Positions 16,349 through 25,113 of a DNA stretch of 64,000 nt are shown here, one piece after another. The notes beneath the pieces were generated by a model. It did no database searches. It was not told the DNA's origin and was given only the letters and a program-made list of their open reading frames with translations. Position numbers and translations under genes: made by a program. Within the stretch, counting starts at the first letter, position 1. Every line of letters begins with the position of its first letter. The DNA comes from Verrucomicrobiales bacterium (GTDB lineage Bacteria > Verrucomicrobiota > Verrucomicrobiia > Verrucomicrobiales > V1-33), in the NCBI GenBank assembly GCA_031411295.1, contig JANOAV010000057.1, positions 1 to 64,000 on the forward strand. Reading direction: 5' to 3'.

Positions 16349-19300
16349 ATGAAATTCCTCCCAGCCTCAATGGTGGTCGTCCTCATGGCCACGCTCCCGC
16401 TCTCCGCCCAAGTCACCATCAATGAAATCAATGCGGCTCCCAACGAGCGAGCGTTGCGCTGGGATGCCACGGGGCAGCCTCGGCTGGGCACCGGGCCAGC
16501 ATGGTTAGATGTGGCGTATGATGCGACGAACTGGCTCACGGGGACGGCTCCGTTAGGGTTTAATGCGGGGAATACTGGCCTGGGCACGAATTTGAAGTCG
16601 GTGTTGGAGGGAAATACTGCGTCTTTGTATGTCCGGAAAACTTTCAATGTCTCGGCGGTTAATGCGGCTTCGACGGAGAACCTGCGGCTGAAGGTGGACT
16701 ATAATGATGGCTTCGTGGCGTTTCTGAATGGCAAGGAAATCGCCCGGGCGCGCTTGGGGGCGACCAAGATGTTCATCTTTGCGGACCAGCCAGCGTTCTC
16801 CACCCGTCCTGCCGCGCCTGCTGGAGCGCAGGATTTCAATCTGGGGTCGGCGGCAAATTTCCTGGTGCCGGGGGATAATGTGTTGGCCATTCAGGTGGCC
16901 AATGCAGCCTGGGATGGGAAGGGCGATCTGAAGATCGATGCTGGATTGGAATTGAATAACGGCATCCTAACTACCACAGAGTTCACCGAGAATTTCAACA
17001 ACGCCAATGGAGCATCGCGCACGCACACGAACACCGCAGGGAGCATCACGGATACCATCACCGGCACTCCGCCACCGGGTTGGTTGACCAATGCAGCCAA
17101 TCCGACGAGTGATCCGGCGTGGGCTTCCCTAACCGTTAAGCAAACCTTAGCGACCACGGGAGGGACGGCCAATGGAGGAAATTTACAGATCAATCTAACG
17201 GGCACCGGAGCACTGCAACCCGCACGGGTCGAAGGTCCGCCCATCAGCCTGGCCTCACAGTGGACCGCAGGAGCGGTCACGGAAGCAGATTTGGAGAACA
17301 CCGTGATGACCTTCAAATACAAGGCTCCGCTCGGTTTCTCCGCCAATGTGGTGATGTCGCCCGTGGGCGGAGCGGCTAGCGCTGTGTTGCCGCTCGGTGC
17401 GCTGACGGGAACCACGGTTACGCCGCCTGCGGTGGTGGCGGGATATTGGCGATTCGAGGAGCATACGGTGGGAGGTAATCCGGTGGTGGGCACTGCTGGC
17501 AGCGTCATTCTCAACGCTCCCAGTTTGGCGAATCCCAGCATTGCCTTGGCGAATTCTGTGACGGCCAACGCGCCTAAATATTCCACCGACGTCCCGGGAG
17601 CGCGCATTCTGGATCCGCTCACCGGGGCGGTGTATGCCAACTCCTTCAGCTTCGATGCCACGACCTCGCTAGCGCGCTTCGCTGCTCCGAATAACGCGAT
17701 TTACGACACTCCAAGTTTCACGGTGGAATGTTGGATCAAGTTAAGCGGAGAGCCCACCGGCTTTGATGCGTTCGCTCGTCGAATCTTTGATGGCGCGGGA
17801 GCGGATTCTGCCACATTGTCGGATCGCCAAGCTTGGCAGTTTGATTTCAACCATGATGCTGCGGCCGCCAACTTCGGGAGAGTTCGCAGTCGCTGGGATA
17901 CGATCGGAAACACCACGGCGGTTCCACCGGTGCCGCTGGATAACAATCGCACCACGGCAGGAAATTATATTTTCGTGGACACCCCCAGCGGAGATGGGAA
18001 TCCAGCCAACTACGGTGCCGGAGCGGATGTCTATACCCTGGGCAACCAAGCCAATGACACGGCCAGTGACGTGTGGCACCACATCGCGCTCACCTACGAT
18101 GGATCCAGCAAGCGCGTCACTTTTTACACCGACTATGTTGCGGGCGGCACGTTTGTATTGAACACCGCTGCCTGGGTTCATCCAGCCGCCAGTTTGGAGT
18201 TTGGGAAATTCAGCAGCACCAACATGCCAGCGCCTGCCAGCGCTCCCTGGGCGTTGAAGCTGGATGAATTTCGTTACACCGGCCGGGTGCTCTCCACCGC
18301 AGAAATGTTGAAGGTGGCCGCACCGGATGCAGCGGGCTACTCCACCTTCAGCACGAAACTGAGTGCCGCTGCACCCGCCGCCCGCACGGCCTTCCTCACA
18401 GCGCTCAATGGAGCCTCCAGCCAATCCATCAGGCCGGCTCTGGACTTGGTAGCCTCCTCGTATGCGGCCAGTCCCGGCAAGGACCTTAGCCTGGAGGACT
18501 TCAGCATCACTTACAATCGGCAAACCCCCATCACTCCATTTGTGTCCCTTGGTTCCACCTTCAGCTACAAGCCAGGCGCAGGCGAGCCCTCCAATGGCAT
18601 CTGGGAGCCTAACTTACCCAAGATTCCCAACAACCCATCCGAAGCGGGCAAGCCGGCGGCGTTCCCTGATTTACCGGGCTTTGCGGATTGGATTGAGCTG
18701 CGAAATTCTGGTGCCACCGAGGTGAATCTCATCGGTTGGTATCTCACGGATGACGCTGCCAACCCCACGAAATGGGCGTTTCCTACAGGCACGACCATTC
18801 CTGCTGGTGGCTATAAAATTGTCTTCTGTGATGAAAATAGCGCCCTCACGGGACAGGTGTATTTGCATACCAATTTCAAGCTCAGCGAAGGCGGGGAAAA
18901 GGTCCGGCTCTTCCAAGGGTCTACGCTGGTGGACCTCATCGACTATCCACGCGTCGATGCCTGGCATAGCTACGGACGCTCCGCGGTGGACGGCACGTTA
19001 GGTTATTTTGATGTGGCCACTCCGGCCGCCAGCAATGGCCCAATTAATACGACGGAACGTTGTAAAACGCCCGATCTCTTTGCGGCGGACGGCATCACGC
19101 CCGTGGTTGGCGGCTTCTTTACGGGAACGCAAACGTTGGTCATCACCACGCCCACCGTGGGCGCTACGATTCGCTACACGACTGATGGCAGCGAACCTAC
19201 GGAAACGAGCACCGCTTACACGGCAGCACTGAGCGTTACTGCCGCAGCGAACGACAAGACGGGTCGGGTGATCCGAGCCCGGAGCTTTAAGGCAGGCGCA

Positions 19301-21979
19301 GTTTCCTCCGGCACCAAGAGCGCCACGTTTCTGGTGGATCAAAACGTTGCGCTCAAGGGGGTGCCTGCTTTGTGTTTCACGGGCGATGGTGCGCGGAACT
19401 TTTACAAGGACTACGGCATCCTGGCCATCAACGGCGGAGTCTATGATACCGCCGGCGTCTGGACGGAACCAAATGCCATCACGGACTACAGCATGGGGAT
19501 CATGCACGGACGGGCGTTTGAACGTCCGGTCTATTTGGAATGGTTGCGCACGGATGGTCAGCCAGGATTTGGTGAAGAAGCGGGAGTGCGGCTTGCGAGC
19601 AGTCCGTTCTCCCGTCCTCGTTTGAAGCTCACCGGCACGGCCAATTCTCCATGGTCCGCCGATGCGACGCAGAAGGCCAGCTTCAATATTTTCTTCCGAG
19701 AAGACTACGACAAATCCACCCTGGAATATCCGTTTCTGGGCCAGGAATATCCCGTGAAGGACTTCGATCAACTGCGGCCGCGGGCCGGCAAGAACGATAT
19801 TTCCAATCCGTTCATTAAAGACGAACTGGTCCGCCGAATGTTCAATGACATGGGGCATAAAACGGTCAAAGGACAAATCAACACGCTCTATGTCAATGGA
19901 GCTTACAAAGGCTTCTTCAATACCGTGGAGCGCTATCGCGAGCCGTTCTTCCAAGCCCATTTTGATTCCAATAATCCGTGGGACATCCGCATTATCGATA
20001 CCGTGGAGGAAGGGGACAACTTGGAATGGAATAACCTGATCACGGCCGTCGGCAAAGACTTAACAGTGAAAGCCAACTATGATGACGCGATGAATAAGTT
20101 GGTGCTGGATGAAGTCATCGACTACTACCTGCTGAACATTTACTGCGCGATGTGGGACTGGCCGAACAACAACTGGGTGGCCAGTCGGGAACGCATCGCT
20201 GATGGGCGCTGGCGCTTGCATGTGTGGGACGCGGAAGGGAGCTTCGGGCACGGTGGGGTCAAGCCACCTAATTATGATACCATCCTAACCGACCTGCGCG
20301 CCACGACCGGTGGGTTCAGCACCGCAGGCACGAATATCCTCTTCCGCGGACTTTATGCCAGTCCTGAGGTCAAACTGCGCTTTGCGGACCGCATCAACAA
20401 ATGGTTCTTCAATAACAACGTGCTGGATGATCGCAATCCAACTGCCTGTCCGATTCAATTTCGGAAGGATGAAATGAAGTCCACCTTCGCTCCCTTACTA
20501 CTCTACACTCACGGCACGACGTATAGCGACAGCTTCTGGACGAACTGGACCACTGCCACCACAGCTAATCCAAATGCAGGCACTTGGACCACGGCCATGA
20601 GCAATCGGCGTTCCCACTTGTTCAACCAAAGCCCCACGCCCGCCTCGAACATTAGCTTCCGCACCCACGGTCTCTGGCCGGCCACTGAGCCAGTTACCTA
20701 CAGTCAGCATGGCGGCGTGATTCCGCCCGGTTACAGCCTCACCATTTCCACGAACGCCACGGTGCCCGTGGGCAGCACCGTTTACTACACCACAGATGGC
20801 ACGGATCCCCGCACCTGGGGCGGAACGCCAGCCGTCGGTGCCCAGAGTAGTGTGACCACGGCCTCACCTGGTAGCGTCGGTCTGACCGTGCCGGGCACGC
20901 TCTTTACCACCGTGAGTAGTCGCGTCAAAAATATCACCACGGGGGAATGGAGCGCGCTCACGGAAGCCACCTTCCAGTTTGCATCCGTGCCAGCCACTGC
21001 TTCCAATTTGGTAGTTAGCCAGATCATGTATCATCCGCCGGATGCCACCCCAGCGGAAATCACCGCAGGCTTCACAGATGCGGATTCCTTTGAGTATCTT
21101 GAACTCATGGCCATCGGCTCCACACCGGTAAGCTTGGACGGCGTGAAGGTCATCGGTGGGGTTAGTTTCGATTTCGGAAACACCACGGCCTTCTCACCGG
21201 TCCGCGCCCTGTTGCCAGGGAGCACCGTGCTCCTCGTCAATAACAAGATTGCCTTCCGCCAACGCTACGGCCCCAGCCTGGATAGTAAAATTGGCGGTCA
21301 GTATCTGGGCAGCCTCAGCAACTCTGGAGAACAACTCTGGATCACCGGTCCCGACGGTGCCGATGTGGATACCGTGGCGGACGACATCAAAAAGTTCAGC
21401 TACTTCGACGGCAACACCGAAGGCTGGCCAGACGTGGCCGATGGCCACGGCTCGGCCCTGCAGTTGCTCAATCCCACCACCAACCCCGACCACGCCTTGC
21501 CCGTCAGTTGGAATCCCACCCTGCAATGGGGCGGCAGTCCCGCCAGCTTCGTCCGGCCCGTGACCTTCGCGATCTGGCTGGACGCTCATTTCAGCGCAGC
21601 CTCCCTAGCCGATCCCCTGATCACCGGCCCGAACGCGGATCCGGATCAAGATGGCTTGAGCAACCTCGTGGAATTTCTCATCGGCTCCATCCCCGATAAC
21701 CCCAGCTCCGGCAATCCTAACGCCCTGCCAAACTACTTAGTGGCTCCCGGCCCAGACGCCCTGAATCATCTCACCGCAACCTTTACCGTCAGCACCCAAG
21801 CCCTCCAAGCTGTGACCGCCGTCTGCCAAGCCGGAAGCGATCTGGCAGGCTGGACCCCACTCACCGCCCTGACTCCGACCGTGAACGCGAACGGCACCAC
21901 CACCCTGAATTTCCGTGATGACATCGAATGGAAATCAGCCCAACGGAGATTCGTCCGGTTCTACCTAACGACTCCATAA
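16349..21979 (+). CDS. Large secreted protein: lamin-tail domains, LamG-like domain, chitobiase-type Ig domains, CotH kinase-like domain
   Basis: Signal peptide; VTINEI, DWIELRN..WYLTDD (lamin tail), WHHIALTYD..LDEFR (LamG), IRYTTDGSEP, DWPNNNW..WDAE (CotH), C-terminal DPDQDG motif. Confidence 0.88.
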   Translation: MKFLPASMVVVLMATLPLSAQVTINEINAAPNERALRWDATGQPRLGTGPAWLDVAYDATNWLTGTAPLGFNAGNTGLGTNLKSVLEGNTASLYVRKTFNVSAVNAASTENLRLKVDYNDGFVAFLNGKEIARARLGATKMFIFADQPAFSTRPAAPAGAQDFNLGSAANFLVPGDNVLAIQVANAAWDGKGDLKIDAGLELNNGILTTTEFTENFNNANGASRTHTNTAGSITDTITGTPPPGWLTNAANPTSDPAWASLTVKQTLATTGGTANGGNLQINLTGTGALQPARVEGPPISLASQWTAGAVTEADLENTVMTFKYKAPLGFSANVVMSPVGGAASAVLPLGALTGTTVTPPAVVAGYWRFEEHTVGGNPVVGTAGSVILNAPSLANPSIALANSVTANAPKYSTDVPGARILDPLTGAVYANSFSFDATTSLARFAAPNNAIYDTPSFTVECWIKLSGEPTGFDAFARRIFDGAGADSATLSDRQAWQFDFNHDAAAANFGRVRSRWDTIGNTTAVPPVPLDNNRTTAGNYIFVDTPSGDGNPANYGAGADVYTLGNQANDTASDVWHHIALTYDGSSKRVTFYTDYVAGGTFVLNTAAWVHPAASLEFGKFSSTNMPAPASAPWALKLDEFRYTGRVLSTAEMLKVAAPDAAGYSTFSTKLSAAAPAARTAFLTALNGASSQSIRPALDLVASSYAASPGKDLSLEDFSITYNRQTPITPFVSLGSTFSYKPGAGEPSNGIWEPNLPKIPNNPSEAGKPAAFPDLPGFADWIELRNSGATEVNLIGWYLTDDAANPTKWAFPTGTTIPAGGYKIVFCDENSALTGQVYLHTNFKLSEGGEKVRLFQGSTLVDLIDYPRVDAWHSYGRSAVDGTLGYFDVATPAASNGPINTTERCKTPDLFAADGITPVVGGFFTGTQTLVITTPTVGATIRYTTDGSEPTETSTAYTAALSVTAAANDKTGRVIRARSFKAGAVSSGTKSATFLVDQNVALKGVPALCFTGDGARNFYKDYGILAINGGVYDTAGVWTEPNAITDYSMGIMHGRAFERPVYLEWLRTDGQPGFGEEAGVRLASSPFSRPRLKLTGTANSPWSADATQKASFNIFFREDYDKSTLEYPFLGQEYPVKDFDQLRPRAGKNDISNPFIKDELVRRMFNDMGHKTVKGQINTLYVNGAYKGFFNTVERYREPFFQAHFDSNNPWDIRIIDTVEEGDNLEWNNLITAVGKDLTVKANYDDAMNKLVLDEVIDYYLLNIYCAMWDWPNNNWVASRERIADGRWRLHVWDAEGSFGHGGVKPPNYDTILTDLRATTGGFSTAGTNILFRGLYASPEVKLRFADRINKWFFNNNVLDDRNPTACPIQFRKDEMKSTFAPLLLYTHGTTYSDSFWTNWTTATTANPNAGTWTTAMSNRRSHLFNQSPTPASNISFRTHGLWPATEPVTYSQHGGVIPPGYSLTISTNATVPVGSTVYYTTDGTDPRTWGGTPAVGAQSSVTTASPGSVGLTVPGTLFTTVSSRVKNITTGEWSALTEATFQFASVPATASNLVVSQIMYHPPDATPAEITAGFTDADSFEYLELMAIGSTPVSLDGVKVIGGVSFDFGNTTAFSPVRALLPGSTVLLVNNKIAFRQRYGPSLDSKIGGQYLGSLSNSGEQLWITGPDGADVDTVADDIKKFSYFDGNTEGWPDVADGHGSALQLLNPTTNPDHALPVSWNPTLQWGGSPASFVRPVTFAIWLDAHFSAASLADPLITGPNADPDQDGLSNLVEFLIGSIPDNPSSGNPNALPNYLVAPGPDALNHLTATFTVSTQALQAVTAVCQAGSDLAGWTPLTALTPTVNANGTTTLNFRDDIEWKSAQRRFVRFYLTTP

Positions 21980-22086
21980 ATCAGAACGCCTCTCGGCTGG
22001 ATCCTGAGGTTTGCTCCGGAGCCAGCGCGATCTGATCTGTAGTGCGTGCTTGCCATCCTATGGAGTCTGGCTATGGCTTGTAGCTC

Positions 22087-22530
22087 ATGAAACTTACCCC
22101 TGAACAAGAAGCGGCCGTCCGCACCTGGGTTGCTGATAAGGCAACTCTCAATGACCTCCAAAATCGTCTGCGCGACGAACTGGGGCTGAGGCTGACATTT
22201 ATGGAGGTGCGTTTTTTGGTGTTGGATTTGAACCTTGAACTCTACACCCCGCCGCCAGAGGTGGAGGAGCCCGAGCCAGAGGAACCGGAGTTGGTGGACG
22301 GTCCCCCCATGGATGGAGTGTATCTGTCAGTGGATGAAATTATGCTGCCAGGCACAATGGCCAGCGGCAAGGTGACCTTTAGCGATGGGGTCACGGCCTC
22401 ATGGTATGTCGATCAGTCCGGTCGTCTGGCGGTGCAGGCACCTGAGGTGGGTTACCAGCCGCCAACCGCTGATGTCCCCAGCTTCCAGTCGCAACTTCAG
22501 GGGGTCCTGCGTCAATTGGGAATGTATTAG
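22087..22530 (+). CDS. Hypothetical protein
   Basis: 147-aa ATG ORF with globular composition, immediately upstream of the cyclo-ligase. Confidence 0.75.
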   Translation: MKLTPEQEAAVRTWVADKATLNDLQNRLRDELGLRLTFMEVRFLVLDLNLELYTPPPEVEEPEPEEPELVDGPPMDGVYLSVDEIMLPGTMASGKVTFSDGVTASWYVDQSGRLAVQAPEVGYQPPTADVPSFQSQLQGVLRQLGMY

Positions 22531-22543
22531 GGAGGTGCCCCCA

Positions 22544-23122
22544 ATGAATCCCAGCGAAGCAAAGGCATTTCTGAGGGAGCGGCAGTTGGCCACCCTGCGG
22601 GAAATTCCGTGGCCGCAGCGGGCGGAGTGGTCACAGCAGATCCGAGAGCGACTGCTGGCCAGCAGCGCTTGGTTGGCCGCGGGCACGGTGATGATCTACG
22701 CGCCCATGCCGAATGAACCAGATTTACTGCCGCTGCTCGAGGCTGGCAAACGGATGATTTTTCCGAAGGTGACGCCTGAAGGTCTGAAGCTGCATGAGGT
22801 CAGAGACGTGGCCCAGTTAATCAGCACTTCGCGCTGGCTGCGTGAGCCGAACGTGGCGATCTGCCCGCCGGTGGGGTTGGCGGAAGTGGAGTTGATCGTG
22901 CTGCCAGGACTGTCGTTTGCGCGGCACAGTGGGGTTCGGCTGGGGCGTGGTGGTGGGTATTACGATCGCCTGCTAGGCCAGCCCAATTTCCGCGCGCGTG
23001 CTGTGGGGGTGTGCTTTGGCTGTCAGGTGGCCGAGACGTTACCTCGAGAAACGCATGATTTGGCGGTGGGGGAGATTTTGACCGAAGCGGAAACGATTCG
23101 CGTGTCCGCGTTCCAAGCCTGA
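22544..23122 (+). CDS. 5-formyltetrahydrofolate cyclo-ligase
   Basis: LIVLPGLSF..GVRLGRGGGYYDRLL and PRETHD; RBS GGAGGT at 22531-22536. Confidence 0.93.
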   Translation: MNPSEAKAFLRERQLATLREIPWPQRAEWSQQIRERLLASSAWLAAGTVMIYAPMPNEPDLLPLLEAGKRMIFPKVTPEGLKLHEVRDVAQLISTSRWLREPNVAICPPVGLAEVELIVLPGLSFARHSGVRLGRGGGYYDRLLGQPNFRARAVGVCFGCQVAETLPRETHDLAVGEILTEAETIRVSAFQA

Positions 23123-23143
23123 GCCGTCAACTTACGGTCTCGC

Positions 23144-23596
23144 TTAATTCAGGAAAGCAAAGAGCTGCGCATCGTTGAGCTGCGTGGGGTCCTCTACGGT
23201 AATCAAGGCGTGCATGTCCTGCACGGCGGTGAGTTCCTGTTCCAGCGAACCTTCGTCGTTTGCGACCAACCTTGGCGTGGGTGAGACCGCGGATGGTGGT
23301 TGGTCCGAGGCGACGGTGGTAGTGTTCGGCGTGCTTTGGAAATGGAGATAGAGCCCAACCACAACGGCGGCAGCGGCGGCCAAGCTGCCCCAGAGTCTGC
23401 CCGTGTGCCGGGCGGCAGGGAACGCCACGACTTTAGGAGCACTGAGGATCGGGGCATTCTCTTGCGGGGTGAGGCGCACTTCCGCCAAGACCTGAGCCAC
23501 GAAATTCTGAGGGATGCGGGGCTGAGGGCGGCGGGCCAGCAAGTTCCACACGGGATCGTGGGATTCTGGCGGTTCTGGAAGGGGTTCTAGTTTCAT
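23144..23596 (-). CDS. Single-TM hypothetical protein (anti-sigma-like architecture)
   Basis: DPVWNLL...PQNFVAQVL N-terminus followed by [13 protein letters not shown]. Confidence 0.6.
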   Translation of the reverse strand: MKLEPLPEPPESHDPVWNLLARRPQPRIPQNFVAQVLAEVRLTPQENAPILSAPKVVAFPAARHTGRLWGSLAAAAAVVVGLYLHFQSTPNTTTVASDQPPSAVSPTPRLVANDEGSLEQELTAVQDMHALITVEDPTQLNDAQLFAFLN

Positions 23597-23654
23597 GGCT
23601 TCTATTAAGCTGAAACTCCATGGTCCGGAATTGGTTGCAGGAAAAGTGAAAATT

Positions 23655-24380
23655 TCACTTCGGGAGTTCGTATCCGTGGCTTCCATTGGAGCCAGCCGAC
23701 TGCAGCGGTGGCAATGGTAAGAACGGGCTGAAAACCACGGCTTCTGAACCGAGTTCAGGTTCCGTGGACGCTGCTGCCAGGACCGGAACCGAGACCTCCA
23801 TGGGCGTTGGCGCGGGCGGAGTCGGGGTGTTTTCCTGGAAGAAAGACGCCATGGACGGAGCCGATGCTGCTAGCGCTGGTGGAGGAACTTCCTCTGGCCT
23901 GCCGCTGAGCACTAAGTCCCCATCCTGCGGCACTTGGACGGGATAGTTGGTGGTTCCGAGCGTGGAATCGTCCAGCAAATCGCGCAACTGTGGACCGTAG
24001 CGGGCCACGGCACTGCGCACAATCCCCAACTTGGTCTCGTTGCCAAAAACCGTGATGAGGGTGGTCACGGGGGACAGGGGCACGATGGAAAAATGTTTGG
24101 TGCGGCCCTGGTGGTAAAGGCCCTCGCAGCAATCATCTCCCAGGCGACTAGCCAGTTCCCGCACCGCGATGAAGGCTCCATTGGCGAGGGCTCCGATGAT
24201 GGGCGATTGATCCTTGGGTAAGGTCCCGCTTTCCATCAGCACCGTGCCGCTTTCTTCCAGCAAGCCGGCGTATTCTGCCTCGGCACAGGTGCGGTAGTCC
24301 GCGAGGGACTGACGCAAGCTACGGGAACTGGAAGCGGTGAGCACCACAGGGTTAAAAAAGTTAGTGAAACGGAGAGCCAT
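23655..24380 (-). CDS. Roadblock/LC7 (MglB-like) protein with Pro-rich tail
   Basis: GLLEESGTVL, IGALANGAFIAVRELASRLG, LYHQG, VFGNETKLGIVR; directly downstream of mglA. Confidence 0.85.
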   Translation of the reverse strand: MALRFTNFFNPVVLTASSSRSLRQSLADYRTCAEAEYAGLLEESGTVLMESGTLPKDQSPIIGALANGAFIAVRELASRLGDDCCEGLYHQGRTKHFSIVPLSPVTTLITVFGNETKLGIVRSAVARYGPQLRDLLDDSTLGTTNYPVQVPQDGDLVLSGRPEEVPPPALAASAPSMASFFQENTPTPPAPTPMEVSVPVLAAASTEPELGSEAVVFSPFLPLPPLQSAGSNGSHGYELPK

Positions 24381-24391
24381 CGGCAGTGGCT

Positions 24392-25096
24392 TTACGATGA
24401 TAGCGCGGCAGGGTCTGAATGTCTAGCGCCAGTGGTGGTGGATGGAGAATTTTCCCGCTGCCCTTCATTTACCTGCGGCGGGGCGACCGGGGTGGGAGTT
24501 GGTTGCGTCGCCAGGTGGAATTTCTGCAGAATCTGTTCCGCCACGGCATTGAGGGTGGCGAAAACGTTATACCCCGTGTTGGCGGCGGCTTCGAAACTCA
24601 CGCGGCGGGGGGCTGAGTTGTTCAGCAAATATTCCAAGTAGGTTACCGGCACGGCCTCCGGAAGATCGCGTTTGTTGTATTGAAAGACGAGAGGGAGAGT
24701 CTCGACCGTGATGCCGTTGTTCACCAGATTCCGTCGCAGCGTTTGCAAACTTTGAAGATTTTCTTCCATGCGCTCTGGGGCCGAGTCGCTCACGAAGACA
24801 ACCCCGTCCACCCCCTTGAGCACCAATTGTCGGGTGGCGTTATAGCACACCTGTCCGGGGATGGTATAGAGCATGAATTTGGTGGCGTAGCCGTTGATGA
24901 CGACGGTGTTGATGGGCAGGAAATCGAAGAACAAGGTCCGGTCCGTGGAGGTGGCCAAGGAAACGAGATCGCCCCGCTGGTCAGCCTCAATGCGGCTGTG
25001 GATGTATTGCAGGTTGGTGGTTTTACCGCCCACGGGGGTGCCGCAATAAACTATCTTGAAAGTTACTTCTTTCGTTTCGTGATTGACGACGGCCAT
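24392..25096 (-). CDS. mglA: MglA-family small Ras-like GTPase
   Basis: KIVYCG..GKTTNL, DRTLFFDFLP, YTIPGQV.YNATRQLVLKGVDGVVFVSDS, QYNKRDLP. Confidence 0.93.
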   Translation of the reverse strand: MAVVNHETKEVTFKIVYCGTPVGGKTTNLQYIHSRIEADQRGDLVSLATSTDRTLFFDFLPINTVVINGYATKFMLYTIPGQVCYNATRQLVLKGVDGVVFVSDSAPERMEENLQSLQTLRRNLVNNGITVETLPLVFQYNKRDLPEAVPVTYLEYLLNNSAPRRVSFEAAANTGYNVFATLNAVAEQILQKFHLATQPTPTPVAPPQVNEGQRENSPSTTTGARHSDPAALSS

Positions 25097-25113
25097 AAGT
25101 TCAGGAATCCGAT

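Noticed and set aside
22500..22544. 6S RNA upstream of the 5-FTHF cyclo-ligase
   Set aside because: Only 13 bp separate it from the upstream CDS, so there is no room.
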